DNA of 55,628 nt, the filler included, from Catajapyx aquilonaris (taxonomy: Eukaryota), in the NCBI GenBank assembly GCA_000934665.2. It is 4 parts of 4 records of this genome, joined end to end, with 100 filler letters (N's around TTAATTAATTAA, not from the genome) between each part and the next. Parts side by side here need not be neighbours in the genome. Positions count along the whole stretch, not along the records: positions 27,935 to 41,715 come from JYFJ02007992.1; 3 more parts are not named here. One strand, written 5' to 3'. Positions within the stretch are counted from its first letter, which is position 1, and every line of letters begins with the position of its first letter. Below are positions 27,835-38,301 of the stretch, one piece after another. The notes below the pieces were generated by a model that saw nothing but the letters and a program-made list of their open reading frames with translations, was not told where the DNA came from and did not search any database. The position numbers and the translations under genes were made by a program.

Positions 27835-27934
27835 NNNNNNNNNNNNNNNNNNNNNNNNNNNNNNNNNNNNNNNNNNNNTTAATTAATTAANNNNNNNNNN
27901 NNNNNNNNNNNNNNNNNNNNNNNNNNNNNNNNNN
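27835..27934. other. Artificial scaffold-joining spacer
   Basis: 44 N + TTAATTAATTAA + 44 N. Confidence 0.97.
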
Positions 27935-28224
27935 ATTTTGAACATATATCCGCACCATCCCACTGCACCTTCGGCCCGTTGAAGAAGGAACCGAATTCAG
28001 AATAGTTATTGAGCAAAAAAATGAAAACGTATTTTTTGGTGGTTTTAAATTTTTTGCGGCGTTTTGAAGAGGAATTAAGTAAAAGTGTAAATGGTAGGAA
28101 ATCAAGTCACGACGGTGGGGATCTGCGTTCAAAATTTGGAAGCTCTACCTACAGCAGAACTTGAGTTAGGGCGAATAAAAAAAACGTAACAAGAACAACA
28201 AGAACAAGAACAAGAAGTAGGAAA

Positions 28225-30520
28225 AATTTATTGTTGAAACATTGTTGAAATCTATGCTACGGTCTTTTTATTAATAGTCAAAACTGGTATAGGAAGAATG
28301 AAAAGACAATCATGTCCAAGATTACAATACGTTAACTACTCCTGTCAAAAAAAATAAACAAATAACACACACATCTATACAATCCCTAATGTTGTTCTTC
28401 TCCTGTCATATGGGCGATGTATGCCTTTCTGCTCCAGCTTATCACCTCTGACACACACACAGCTTCCTGAACAGCCGCAGATATGATCGGCTGCACAGTC
28501 TCCTGATAATCTTGTCGTTCGCTGGGTCCCATGACCCCAGTGATCCCACGATTATGGCCTGGACCGACACCTGCCGATACCTCTTCTTGAGCTCTTCAGC
28601 CAGATCAGCGTATTTTTCCTCCTTGTGGCAACGAGCTTCAGAAAAAGCGTCAGGGCCACTCTCAAACGGGCAAGCGACATCTAGGATGATGGCAGTCTCC
28701 CGTTGTTGTCCCACCACCAAGTCGGGCCGGAGAGGGCATCCTGGGACCACTTGCTGGTTCTCCGCCAATATGGTGAACTTGGCCTTGGCTGCCTCCCTCA
28801 CGCTGCTCACCATTGCATTATGGCGCTTCATAATGTATGTTGCATGCACCTTGCAGTGGTTCAGCACGTGATGTAGGGTCTCCTGTGGGTGAGGACAGCG
28901 GCGGCACGGCGGGTTATCCTTTGTCCACGCTCCATTCAAGGGCACCAGATTAAGACGAGCCCTATGAATGAATCGCCAATCTGCGAATTGGGGGTATTTG
29001 TCATCCCGGAAGAAATGGCTGGACGCTGTAGACTGGCCCACGCACTCAAACACCTTGCCCTGGCTGGGCTTGCTGCGAAGGTCGCTGACCTTCTGGGTCT
29101 GGAGTACTCCTCTCATCGTTTTGGCGAGCACTTTCCGCTGACGGGGACGTATGGTGGCATTCCCCAGGACAATCGTCAGCATTCCGCGCGATGTTGACTC
29201 CCCGGACAGATAGGCCATGATGTCCGAATCCTCAATGTCTCGACAGAGCCGACCTCTCACAGTTCTCGCCAGGTCGTCCTCAGCCAGCCGCACCACCCCT
29301 GGATCGGAGGTTTGGTTTGGTTTGGTTTATTTGGAAGAAGCCAAAGCAACTGTGGCTATCTGGCTGTAAGAAGAAGCAAAGGTGGGACAGATGGAGGGAG
29401 AAACGAAGAGGAAGCTTATACGCCGACGGGCTCCTGATGAGGTACAGACAGCGACCGCATCTGCAGGTGCACCACGGGATGGCGAGGTTGCTCGAGGCAA
29501 CGGGATGCTGCGGCCAGTGCGCACTGGTGGACCTCCTGCCTTCTGTCTCCGTAACATCCAGGGATGCCAGGTCCGGTGATTACTCAGCCCATGTCTGCTG
29601 GCAAACTTCTCTCCACATTCCGGGCAGGTGAAGCGACAGGTCACACCGACTGCCTCTGGTAATAACTGCGCTGCTGCCTGTGGGCATCTATGGACTGATG
29701 GCCGCCGGCCCACCTCTCCCCGGCACCGCTGACAGAACATAACCACCTTCGGTTTTAAATGGTGTACCAGCATCAAGTGGCGAATCAGTGACGCTTTCGT
29801 CTTAGTCCACTGGTCGCACCTAAAAGCTCCATTACCATCAGGAACCGTGCAGGCCACCACTGAGGGCATTGGGAAGCCAATAGTCAAAGTGTCGCCCTCC
29901 AGCATTGGCGGGAGAAGGGCAGCAACCTGGACATCGTTGCCAGTTGGACCAGTGGCAGCAGACCCTGTGCTGGTAAGAGCAGCAGGTGTATTGGTCACAT
30001 CAGCCCCACCAGCAGCAGCCGGTCCGGCAGGTGCATCAAGATCAATGGTCAGTGGAGCATCAGTGGTCAGAATGTATGGTACAGCAGGTCCATCGATGGT
30101 CAGTGGAGCATCAGTGGTCCCATTCATTGTCGCTGGGCTCAGTACTCGGCAACGGGGATAGAATAATGGAAGCAACTCACCAGAGAATCCAACAGTCAGC
30201 GCAGTTGTAGTTGTCTATGGCAACTAAGCGACGAAGGCGAATGTTCTATGGGTCAAAAATCCAAATGTTGGAAACCCTCTTCCCGTCACAATCGGCCCGG
30301 AAGGCTGCGGCTTCGAGGCCCCACGGCCGCCAGGGGTCAATGGCCCCCCAACCCACCCCAAATCCGGGATCCGGGCGGGCGGGGGAGGGGCGAAAAAGGT
30401 GTTTTTTCAGGAGCCCTCTCAAAACCCAACTCCTCCGGACGAGTTTGCTACGGTCTTACTTAAGGGCTATCGCCCTTAAAATAGTCTATTATAGCAGAAC
30501 TCTTTGGGGCCACCTTGTAT
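28225..30520 (-). mobile_element. Utopia-type (NeSL clade, R2 group) non-LTR retrotransposon with the RT domain deleted; 5' limit approximate
   Basis: N-terminal zinc fingers (FTCPECGEKFASRHGLSNHRTWH) in 30175-29420. C-terminal SQGKVFEC, DWRFIHRARLN, CCHC knuckle CRRC..ETLHHVLNHC, RHN, PDLV, ILDVACPFE, KEEKY, GSLGSWDPAND. Removing a TG slip at ~28450 gives LCVSEVISWSRKAYIAHMTGEEQH-stop (28386). AATAAA at 28232-28227. Confidence 0.85.
29309..29405 (-). mobile_element. Short LINE-like 3' tail insertion with (AAACC)n end, possibly I/Nimb-like
   Basis: CCAGATAGCCACAGTTGCTTTGGCTTCTTCCAAATAAACCAAACC; related copies at 46065-46150, ~33234-33276 and ~32838-32870. Confidence 0.6.
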
Positions 30521-30707
30521 TACCGTGGCGATTGGACATGTTTTGTTGGATGATAGCAGTTTGTTGACAAGTATTGTTGGCTTCACTCCTCTGCATGGTG
30601 GAGGAACTGCCAGACGCTTTTTTTTCTTCGACTAATTTTTTTTGAAGAATAATAGTAGATTATAGCATATACGTGAGATTGCACTTGAGAATACATTGAC
30701 AACCTCT

Positions 30708-32511
30708 ATGGCTCGTCGGTCAACCATAATACCCAAACTCGTGCGTCATCTGTCCAGAATTGAGGATGATGATGGGTAAGCGACTTTCCTGTTTGCCACA
30801 TTTTCATAATGTCCAACTTGCACTTATCTTTGCACTCCGTACTGTACAACATCGTCATGATTTGTCTTCCGTCACATATCCAAATCCAAAGATGAAAGTG
30901 ATACTAATGTTTGTCCTGATTTGTAGACCAGCCAAGAAGAAAGCATCAGACAAGAAGTCAAAGTCGCCCCGATCTAATCAGAAGGCGCCTCCGAGTCAGG
31001 TAGAATCCGGAAAAGCCAGGGGCAAACCTCCCATTCCTCTTACAGGACACGAGAAGATGGAAAAGAAATTGGGTGAGACTTCCACATTTGTGTTTCCTTG
31101 ATGGGAACATAGCCCTGTTGTTGTTTGTCCGGAGCGAGTCATCACATCTGGACCGTTTCAGATGATCGCTGGGAGAAGCTGAACACCACCCGGTATAATG
31201 CCCCTCGTCCACGGATAACACTGGAGCATGTGAAGTTAGTGACTCTCAAATACCTTCTGAGGGCAGGTCCCATCCCGGTCTCTTTCGTCAAATGGATCGA
31301 TCTTCCAGTGACCATGTCACTTTTGGAACACGCTCATTTGTAATCCATCCACACATCCACACATGGTGGTGTGGCAATGTGATGTTAAATGCCATCTCTC
31401 TGTCCTTTTCCAGGTATTTCAAGGTCTATTTTGCCATCATGACTCTCATGGGCATAGACCCGACCACCGACAGGAGTGACTTCGTCGTGTTTCAACAAAG
31501 AGACCTGATTGCTCTCCGTCTAATGTTGAAGAAGGTCAGGCGGAAGATGTCCCACTGCTACAGTCACTTAGTGATGAAGACGAGGGACGATTTCCACAAG
31601 CCTAAGAACATGTTCGACCATACGAAAGCGACCTTCAAAAATGACTGCGTTCGATATGAACTCTTTTACTTGTACGTGCGATCACAGATTACACGCTGGC
31701 GTGTGATACAGGGTGTTTCTTACTAGTGTCGTACGGGTAGTTTCAAATTATATCACAGCCAGGACCTCTCACTTGGCAGGTACTTCACTAAAGCCATGTG
31801 CATTATCATGAAAGGCACTTACGAGGAGATGATCCAGTTAGAGTGCACCAGACTGTTCCGGACAGACGCATTTAACAACTACTACCACCGAATGAAGATC
31901 CGCGAAATCGGGTATAGGCGCCGGCTATACAAGATCATGGAAATTGTCGATCCATCTTTGATCCCAACCAGAAAGGCCTACGTCACCCGATTCAAAGGAT
32001 ACGGTAGGTCACCTCTTCTGGAAGAGCTAACGGATCCAGTGAACTACTTGTAAGCAAATTACTGTAAAACTGTACTTAATAACTGAAAATTATTTTTAAC
32101 TCACCACGTCTTTGATGCATGCAGACAGACGAATGACCTGACTGCGGAAGACTCGGCGTTATTGAGCATATTGAACACCGACAGATACAGCATAATGGGT
32201 GACACAATAGACTATTATGACGATAAGCTTCGCCTCATCGACACGACAAGGGAGATAGCGGAGACGGTAGAGAAAAAGGTGCGTAAGATTTCAATAGGAA
32301 CATGTCTAGGGTACCGGTACTAAAAATTGAGTAATATTGTGTTGTGTCCACTTGCTTCACGCAGTTGAAGAGTATCGGGATGAAGCAAGATTCGAAGGTA
32401 TCGAAATGGAAGTATAAGACCTCGATACCCATGATATACCCATCCTGGTCGAAGGAGCAGGAGCTCCACATATATAATCAACCACGTTTTCCAGCAGATT
32501 TCAAGAAGTGA
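30708..32511 (+). CDS. PPP1R36: Protein phosphatase 1 regulatory subunit 36-like, 7 exons, ~406 aa
   Basis: Exons 30708-30775, 30927-31072, 31162-31339, 31414-31671, 31780-32049, 32125-32278, 32365-32511 splice (GT-AG) into one open frame. Family-like motifs ITLEHVKLV, L.YFKVY, MSHCYSHLV, D..RYELFY, IQLECTRLFRTDAFN, RSPLL. Confidence 0.75.
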
Positions 32512-35212
32512 GCATCTTCAATGGCAGAGTCAATTTGGGAATTCTCCGTGTCAAAAGGGCATGTATATGATATTATTGTTTTTTAATTATTTATAAATGA
32601 GCAATTTATTTTACATTGAAGTTTTCCTGGTGTTTTTCGAAGGATTTTCATTTTCTATCCATAGTATTGTTTGTGTTGTGCAGTTTATGTCACTTGTCGG
32701 CGACTTCCGTGACCTCGAGAGCTATGTTGGGGGTAGTTTCGTCTACTGGGAGGGTCATCCAGATTGGTGAGATCTTTTTGGGGTAGGAGACGGACAAAGA
32801 GTTTCTATCTCAATCTGTCAAGTCTGTATCTTCTAATAGCCAGAGAGCCATAGTTGCTTTGGCTCCTTCCCACTCAAACACGTGGCCTCAAACATACACA
32901 CAGGGGCGTCAAACGGATCCCGTTTATTTGTGGCCACAATTACGAGTAATGATAATGTTGACTGTGACAATGATGATTATGATATTGATTTGATACCATA
33001 GAATGTGGGTCGTGGTAGAGTTTTTCCAGTAAAAAGCCAGTGAAGCACTTCACTGGTCTTACCAGCCTTGGTGCTGGTGGTGAGACCTCTCCCATTGATG
33101 TCAAAGTAAGGTGGAAGTCAGAAAACACCATATTCTTTTGTGGTCAAACGTGTAGGACATTTCGGAAGTAAACTAGAACTTAGTTGTTGCGATTCTTACT
33201 GATCCAACAGAGTTGCGCAGGATTGGTGTGTTTTGGTTTATTGAGAAGAAGCCAAAGCAACTGTCGCTATCTGGCTAGTATTGGTATTTATTAGGACTGG
33301 CCATGCCCGTTAAGGCTCAACAGCCCACTCACTCCCAACACCAACAACAAACATAATGGTCCCCCTCTGCTTTCCCTCTTGAAATGAGCCGTGATACTTG
33401 GGGTGCTATATTTTCTTTTTTACTTTCTTTTTTCTGAAACTGAAAAGTGTAATTATGTCAACTACTCCGCAAGTACATTCCTATGTAGTAAAGTGTATAA
33501 AGGGTGTGTGTCCCCTAAAGCGAGCCAAATGCTCGATCCCAGGGGAACTTGAAATATGAAAAAGGGGGTAAGTCAGGTTTTTGGTGATATTGAGTCAGCA
33601 AGCCATGCTAGTACTCCATGCCAAGGCGCACCGAACAGTCCAAGAACGGGGTAAGTCTGACAAGCCGGAGAGAAACCACAGCGGGGAGAAGTTTTAGAAA
33701 ATGGGAAGAAGGGAGGAAGTCCCTGACTTCCCCCCTTCTTCCATGTCGACCCGTCCTTGTGACGTATATTATCAAAGATGGATGCCATCATGGAAGATGG
33801 GAATTTGGGTGTTCAGCCTGGTTCCAGAAGAAAACGGCCGAAAAAGGCCAAGAAAACCAGCATCAAAAGATGCAAGGTCGCCGGGGAAGGCCACACGAAC
33901 CATGTGGGCCAAAAAATACCGCCAAGGAAGACGGGAGATCCGTGTGGGTAAGTCGCATTGCTCAGGCTTGTTTTTGACCCTTGTGTGACCTCATGTTGTG
34001 CTCGTAGATGCAAGAAGGCCTGCTTCGATCAGTTTGATGACAGCGATCTGGGGGCCTCCATAGAAAAGGTGAATGCTTTCACCTCTAAGGATGAACAGGA
34101 TATTTACCTGCAGACACTGATCCGAGTGGCAGACGTGAAGCAACGTCGAAGTAGGACTGGAACTGGCATATCTAGAGCATGCAGCTTCGTTTATTCGGCT
34201 CACCTTGGCTCCTCTACTGTGCACGTTTGTCATAAGGCGTTCATTTCTGTTCATGGCATCACAGCAAAGCGTGTTGAGCGTCTTCAAATGTTGTTGAAGA
34301 AAGGCACATCTCCTCGGGACCAGCGAGGTCGTCATTTGAACAGAAGCAATGCCATTGCAGCTGAAATCAACCAGAATATTCAACAACACATTGAATCTTA
34401 CCCTGTGAAGGAGGCTCACTACACAGCAACGCCTGTGAAGTACCTGGATGCCAGATTGACCATCAGGAAGATGTATTCAATGTTTCAAGCCCGCTACCCT
34501 AGTGATGAAGTAAGCTACAACTACTTCCGTCAATACTTTCACGAGAATTTTGGGTACAGATTCGGGCAACCTTAAGTAGATGTGTGTGGAACATGTGAGT
34601 CACTTCTTGCGAGACTTAAGAACAACAATATACCGAAGCTGAAGAGAATAAGATCAAGAATGAAATGGCCATTCACAAAAGGCGCGCAGCTAAATTCTAC
34701 GACAAGATCAGGTTTGATGGGGACTTGGCTAAGAAGGATCCTACAGTAGCTGTAGTTGTGATAGACTACATGCAGAACCTCCCACTTCCTCGAATCCCTG
34801 TTCAAGAAACGTTCTACCTTAGACAACTGTGGGTTAATGTTTTTTGCGTCCATGATGCCACAAACATGGCCAAATTCTATGTGTACCACGAGGGCGTGGC
34901 AAGGAAGGGACCCAATGAGGTGTGTTCTTTTCTTCTTGACTATTTCGACAATGAGTTGAAGCGGAGCGTGAAGGAGTTGTACGTTTTTTCAGACGGTTGC
35001 GGGGGGCAAAACCGGAACAACACCGTTGTCCGTTTCCTCCTCACCCTGGTGTCCACAGGACGCTTTCAGAAGATCCATCAATACTTCCCTGTCCGCGGAC
35101 ACTCCTTTCTCAGTTGTGACAGGGAATTCGCTGTCATCAAAAGGGTCATCAAAGCCGCTGATAGAGTGTACACGCCAAAGCAGTACATAGAAATGATCTG
35201 TGCCTCTGGCAG

Positions 35213-37261
35213 GCAATGAGTCCATTTTCGTTACGGAGACTTGATGGGCCCGTAGTATTACGGGAACTTCAGGGTACCATAAAGCAACTAAAAAATAAAA
35301 AAGCGGGCGGGCCCGATCAGATTCCAAACGAACTATTGAAAGTCTCCTCCCCAGAACTACAAGAACTGATTCTGAAAATATTTAACAGTTTTTTGGATCT
35401 GGGAAAGATACCATCCACTTGGATGGACCTGTCCGTAATCGCGATATACAAATCCGGACCGGACACATGCCCTGAGAATTACCGGCCGATCTCACTGGAA
35501 AATAATATAATGAAACTTTTTTCGGGGCTACTAGAAGCTAGACTGCGATCTTGGGTGGAGGAGAGAAATTTGTTACCGGAAAACCAGGCAGGATTTAGAA
35601 GAGGCAGAGGGTATATGGATCATCTGTTCGTGCTCACTTTGCTGATACAAAAATACACTGAAAGAAAAAGAGGTAAGCTCTATGCACTGTTTGTGGATTT
35701 GGCAAAAGCATTTGACTCTGTAGAACACAATGAGCTATTTGTAAAACTTCTGTCTATGGGAGTCAGCCAAAGTAGATTTATGAATGCTCTGCAATCAATG
35801 TACTCCTCAGCTAATATTGTGTCTCAAGATGCACAGCAAGGGATACCCATTACGAGGGGTGTGCTGCAAGGGGAACCATTGAGTCCATTACTGTTCAATA
35901 TCTTTTTGGCGGATTTACCAGCAATCTTTGTAAAAAATGAGATAACGGGTGTAAGATTTAATAGTAACGGGGTGGAAATTCATTTTTTGCAATTTGCAGA
36001 CGACCTGGTCATTCTGACGAACAATCCGCTGGAAAAGGTAAAGGTTTAAAAGCACTGGAGCTCTACTTTGATGCGAACAAACTTGTATTAAATGTAACTA
36101 AAACTAAAGTGGTCATATTCCGAAAAGGAGGGAAAATTTCTAGCAAGGACACTTTCCACTGGAAAGATAGTAAGATTGAGGTAGTGCCAGAATACAAATA
36201 CCTAGGTGTTCCCTTTGCATCTTCATCACAAACAGCTAGGGCATCTCGATATTTTGTAACGAAGGGATTCGCGACGATAAATGCTCTTTGGCCTACGCTG
36301 ATTAATTTAAAAATCAGAGACATAAGAACGGCCTTTAAACTTTTCGATGCAAAAATTAGTCCTGTCGCACTCTATGGGGCGAGCTTTTGGGCACTGGACC
36401 GGCTGGAGGAGGTGGAGAGGCTCCAAACTTATTTTATCAAAAAATTCTTGACGCTCCCTAGAAATACGGCTGGATACTTTGTACGGATGGAGGCAGGAAG
36501 GATGCATCTTTCCGTTAACATTTTCAAGCAATTGCTGAACTTTCTGGTGAAAACAATAGCATTACCTGAGGACAGGTGGAGTAGGATAGCGCTGAACTGG
36601 CTGATCGAGGCGAAAGTGGATCTGAAATGGGCGAGAGCGACCAGGGATTTGTTTTGGAGGGCAGGATTTGATTGGAAAGGGTGGTTGTTGAATGGGGACT
36701 ACACAAATCGGCAAGTTTTAGTTAAAAATTAATTAATAGCCTCGATGGAACAGGACAGGTCACTCATGCAGGTTTCAGAACGCTACAAATACTATACTGA
36801 TCTGGCGCCGGATATAGGACTTTCCCAGTATTTTTTGTTCTCTGTTCCTCTCCCGTATGTTCGACTGATCAGTAATCTTAGAAACGCTTCTTATTCCTTT
36901 TATGTTAAAGACTACAAACTGAGCTTCCCTCCAGAAAATCGAGATAACCCATGCTCACTTTGCAATAGTAATGTCAACTGGTCTCTATTCCATTTAATTT
37001 ATGAGTGTCCATTTTTCTGTTTACTGAGAAGTGAAAAATTGCGAGGTATTCCACAGCTCCCACCTGATAAGGTACATTTACTATTTGCTTCTATGCCTAT
37101 GCATGCTGTGCATCAAATGTATACTTTTTTTTCTTTAGTAGTAGCATATTTGAAGTTTTGCGATATTGTACTGTAAATTTCTAGTGATTAAGTGGATTGT
37201 AAGTGGATGGGAGGTCTTCCCCGTAAGCTCTCGGGCGCAGGGGAATAATAAATTATTATTA

Positions 37262-37320
<59 letters not shown>

Positions 37321-37324
37321 TATT
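35213..37324 (+). mobile_element. 5'-truncated LINE, probably RTE-X clade, inserted in Sola1
   Basis: RT motifs NYRPISL, QAGFR, LYALFVDLAKAFDSV, GVLQGEPLSPLLF, QFADD, YKYLG, and C-terminal CSLC..H...ECP. Frameshift ~36045, stop 36730, (TAT)n tail. TSD ATCTGTGCCTCTGGCAG at 35196-35212 and 37325-37341. Confidence 0.9.
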
Positions 37325-37492
37325 ATCTGTGCCTCTGGCAGAAATGGCCGTTTCACAGTCAAGGATGTCAGCAGTGCAGACATCCTTGACTTCAAGATGT
37401 GGTGGAAGAAATATTTCAAGGCAACCACCATTGCAGCAGGGAAAAGATGTCCTACAAAGATCAAGTGGGCGTTGGCGTCTTACAGGACCATT

Positions 37493-38301
37493 TGTGCCGT
37501 TTGTACTCGGACGGCTATTCTACAGCGAATGAGACTGAGTGGCCCACGTAATGTAGAGTTCCGTTTACCTCACGGAAGTGGGGCCCCGATTGAGCATAAT
37601 CTGAGCGAGCTTGGTTCCTGTTGCTTCAATAATAATTAAATTATCATGAATAATACCTGCAATATTATGTGACCTTATATATCGTGTAATTATTATTAAA
37701 CTATTTAGAATTATCAGAATCATTCAATCGAAGCAGCGCGGGTTCGAATGCTCCCTTCGAATGCAACTTTGCAATAGCTGCTGTGCTATAACGGTGTATA
37801 ATAACAGGAGTGTAGGGCGTGGGCGTGTATATAATGAAAGATAGGCCTGTATCTGCTGAAGATAGGCCTGTATACGCTGAAGATAGGCTGTATCCGCAAG
37901 GGAGGAAGTTAGGTTAGGTTAGGTTGGGTTGGAACAGCGTCCCCCATCACCTCCACAGGGGCCACTTTTCAAATAGGCGCGTAAAGGGGGCCCCGCAGTG
38001 AGCATGAAGGTAAACAAGGTCATGTAGACTTGTGGGCGTGGCTTGGCCCCCCGCCATTCTCGGCCTTATCGTGGAACCGTTTGTACTGTCCGCGCCGGCC
38101 CTGGGTTGGCTCCCCTGGAGAAGTGGCTATTGGGGGAGCCACCTGGCGGTGGCGGGCGGAACGAGGCAGAAGGAAAAGGAACGCCGACCTGTGCGAACGT
38201 ACCTTGAGGGAGCTCTCGTACTGACCATATTGAAGGAATAAACGTAAGTCAAAGCTACCCCTGAGTGTTATTCTTGGTACCTGCTAGGCACTATCTCAAT
38301 A
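37493..38301 (+). mobile_element. Solo LTR (Gypsy-like) inserted in Sola1
   Basis: Starts TGT, ends CAATA, 4-bp TSD CATT (37489-37492 and 38302-38305), AATAAA at ~38237, internal ~21-bp tandem repeats. Removing it restores transposase YRTI-LYDKNFPG in frame. Confidence 0.7.

Noticed and set aside
31703..31765. miR-2-like TATCACAGCCAG with a complementary upstream arm in PPP1R36 intron 4
   Set aside because: Only 12 nt match, the loop is ~40 nt, and it starts with a CAGGGTG TE-like terminus.
35196..35219. Overlapping stop/start (ATGA) of transposase and RT ORFs, suggesting a novel transposase-RT element
   Set aside because: The 17-bp TSD shows a truncated LINE inserted into Sola1; the overlap is accidental.
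37840..37900. ~21-bp direct repeats as a CRISPR-like array
   Set aside because: Tandem with no unique spacers, inside an LTR, in eukaryotic DNA.
37908..37930. (TTAGG)3 arthropod telomere motif
   Set aside because: Very short and internal to the solo LTR.
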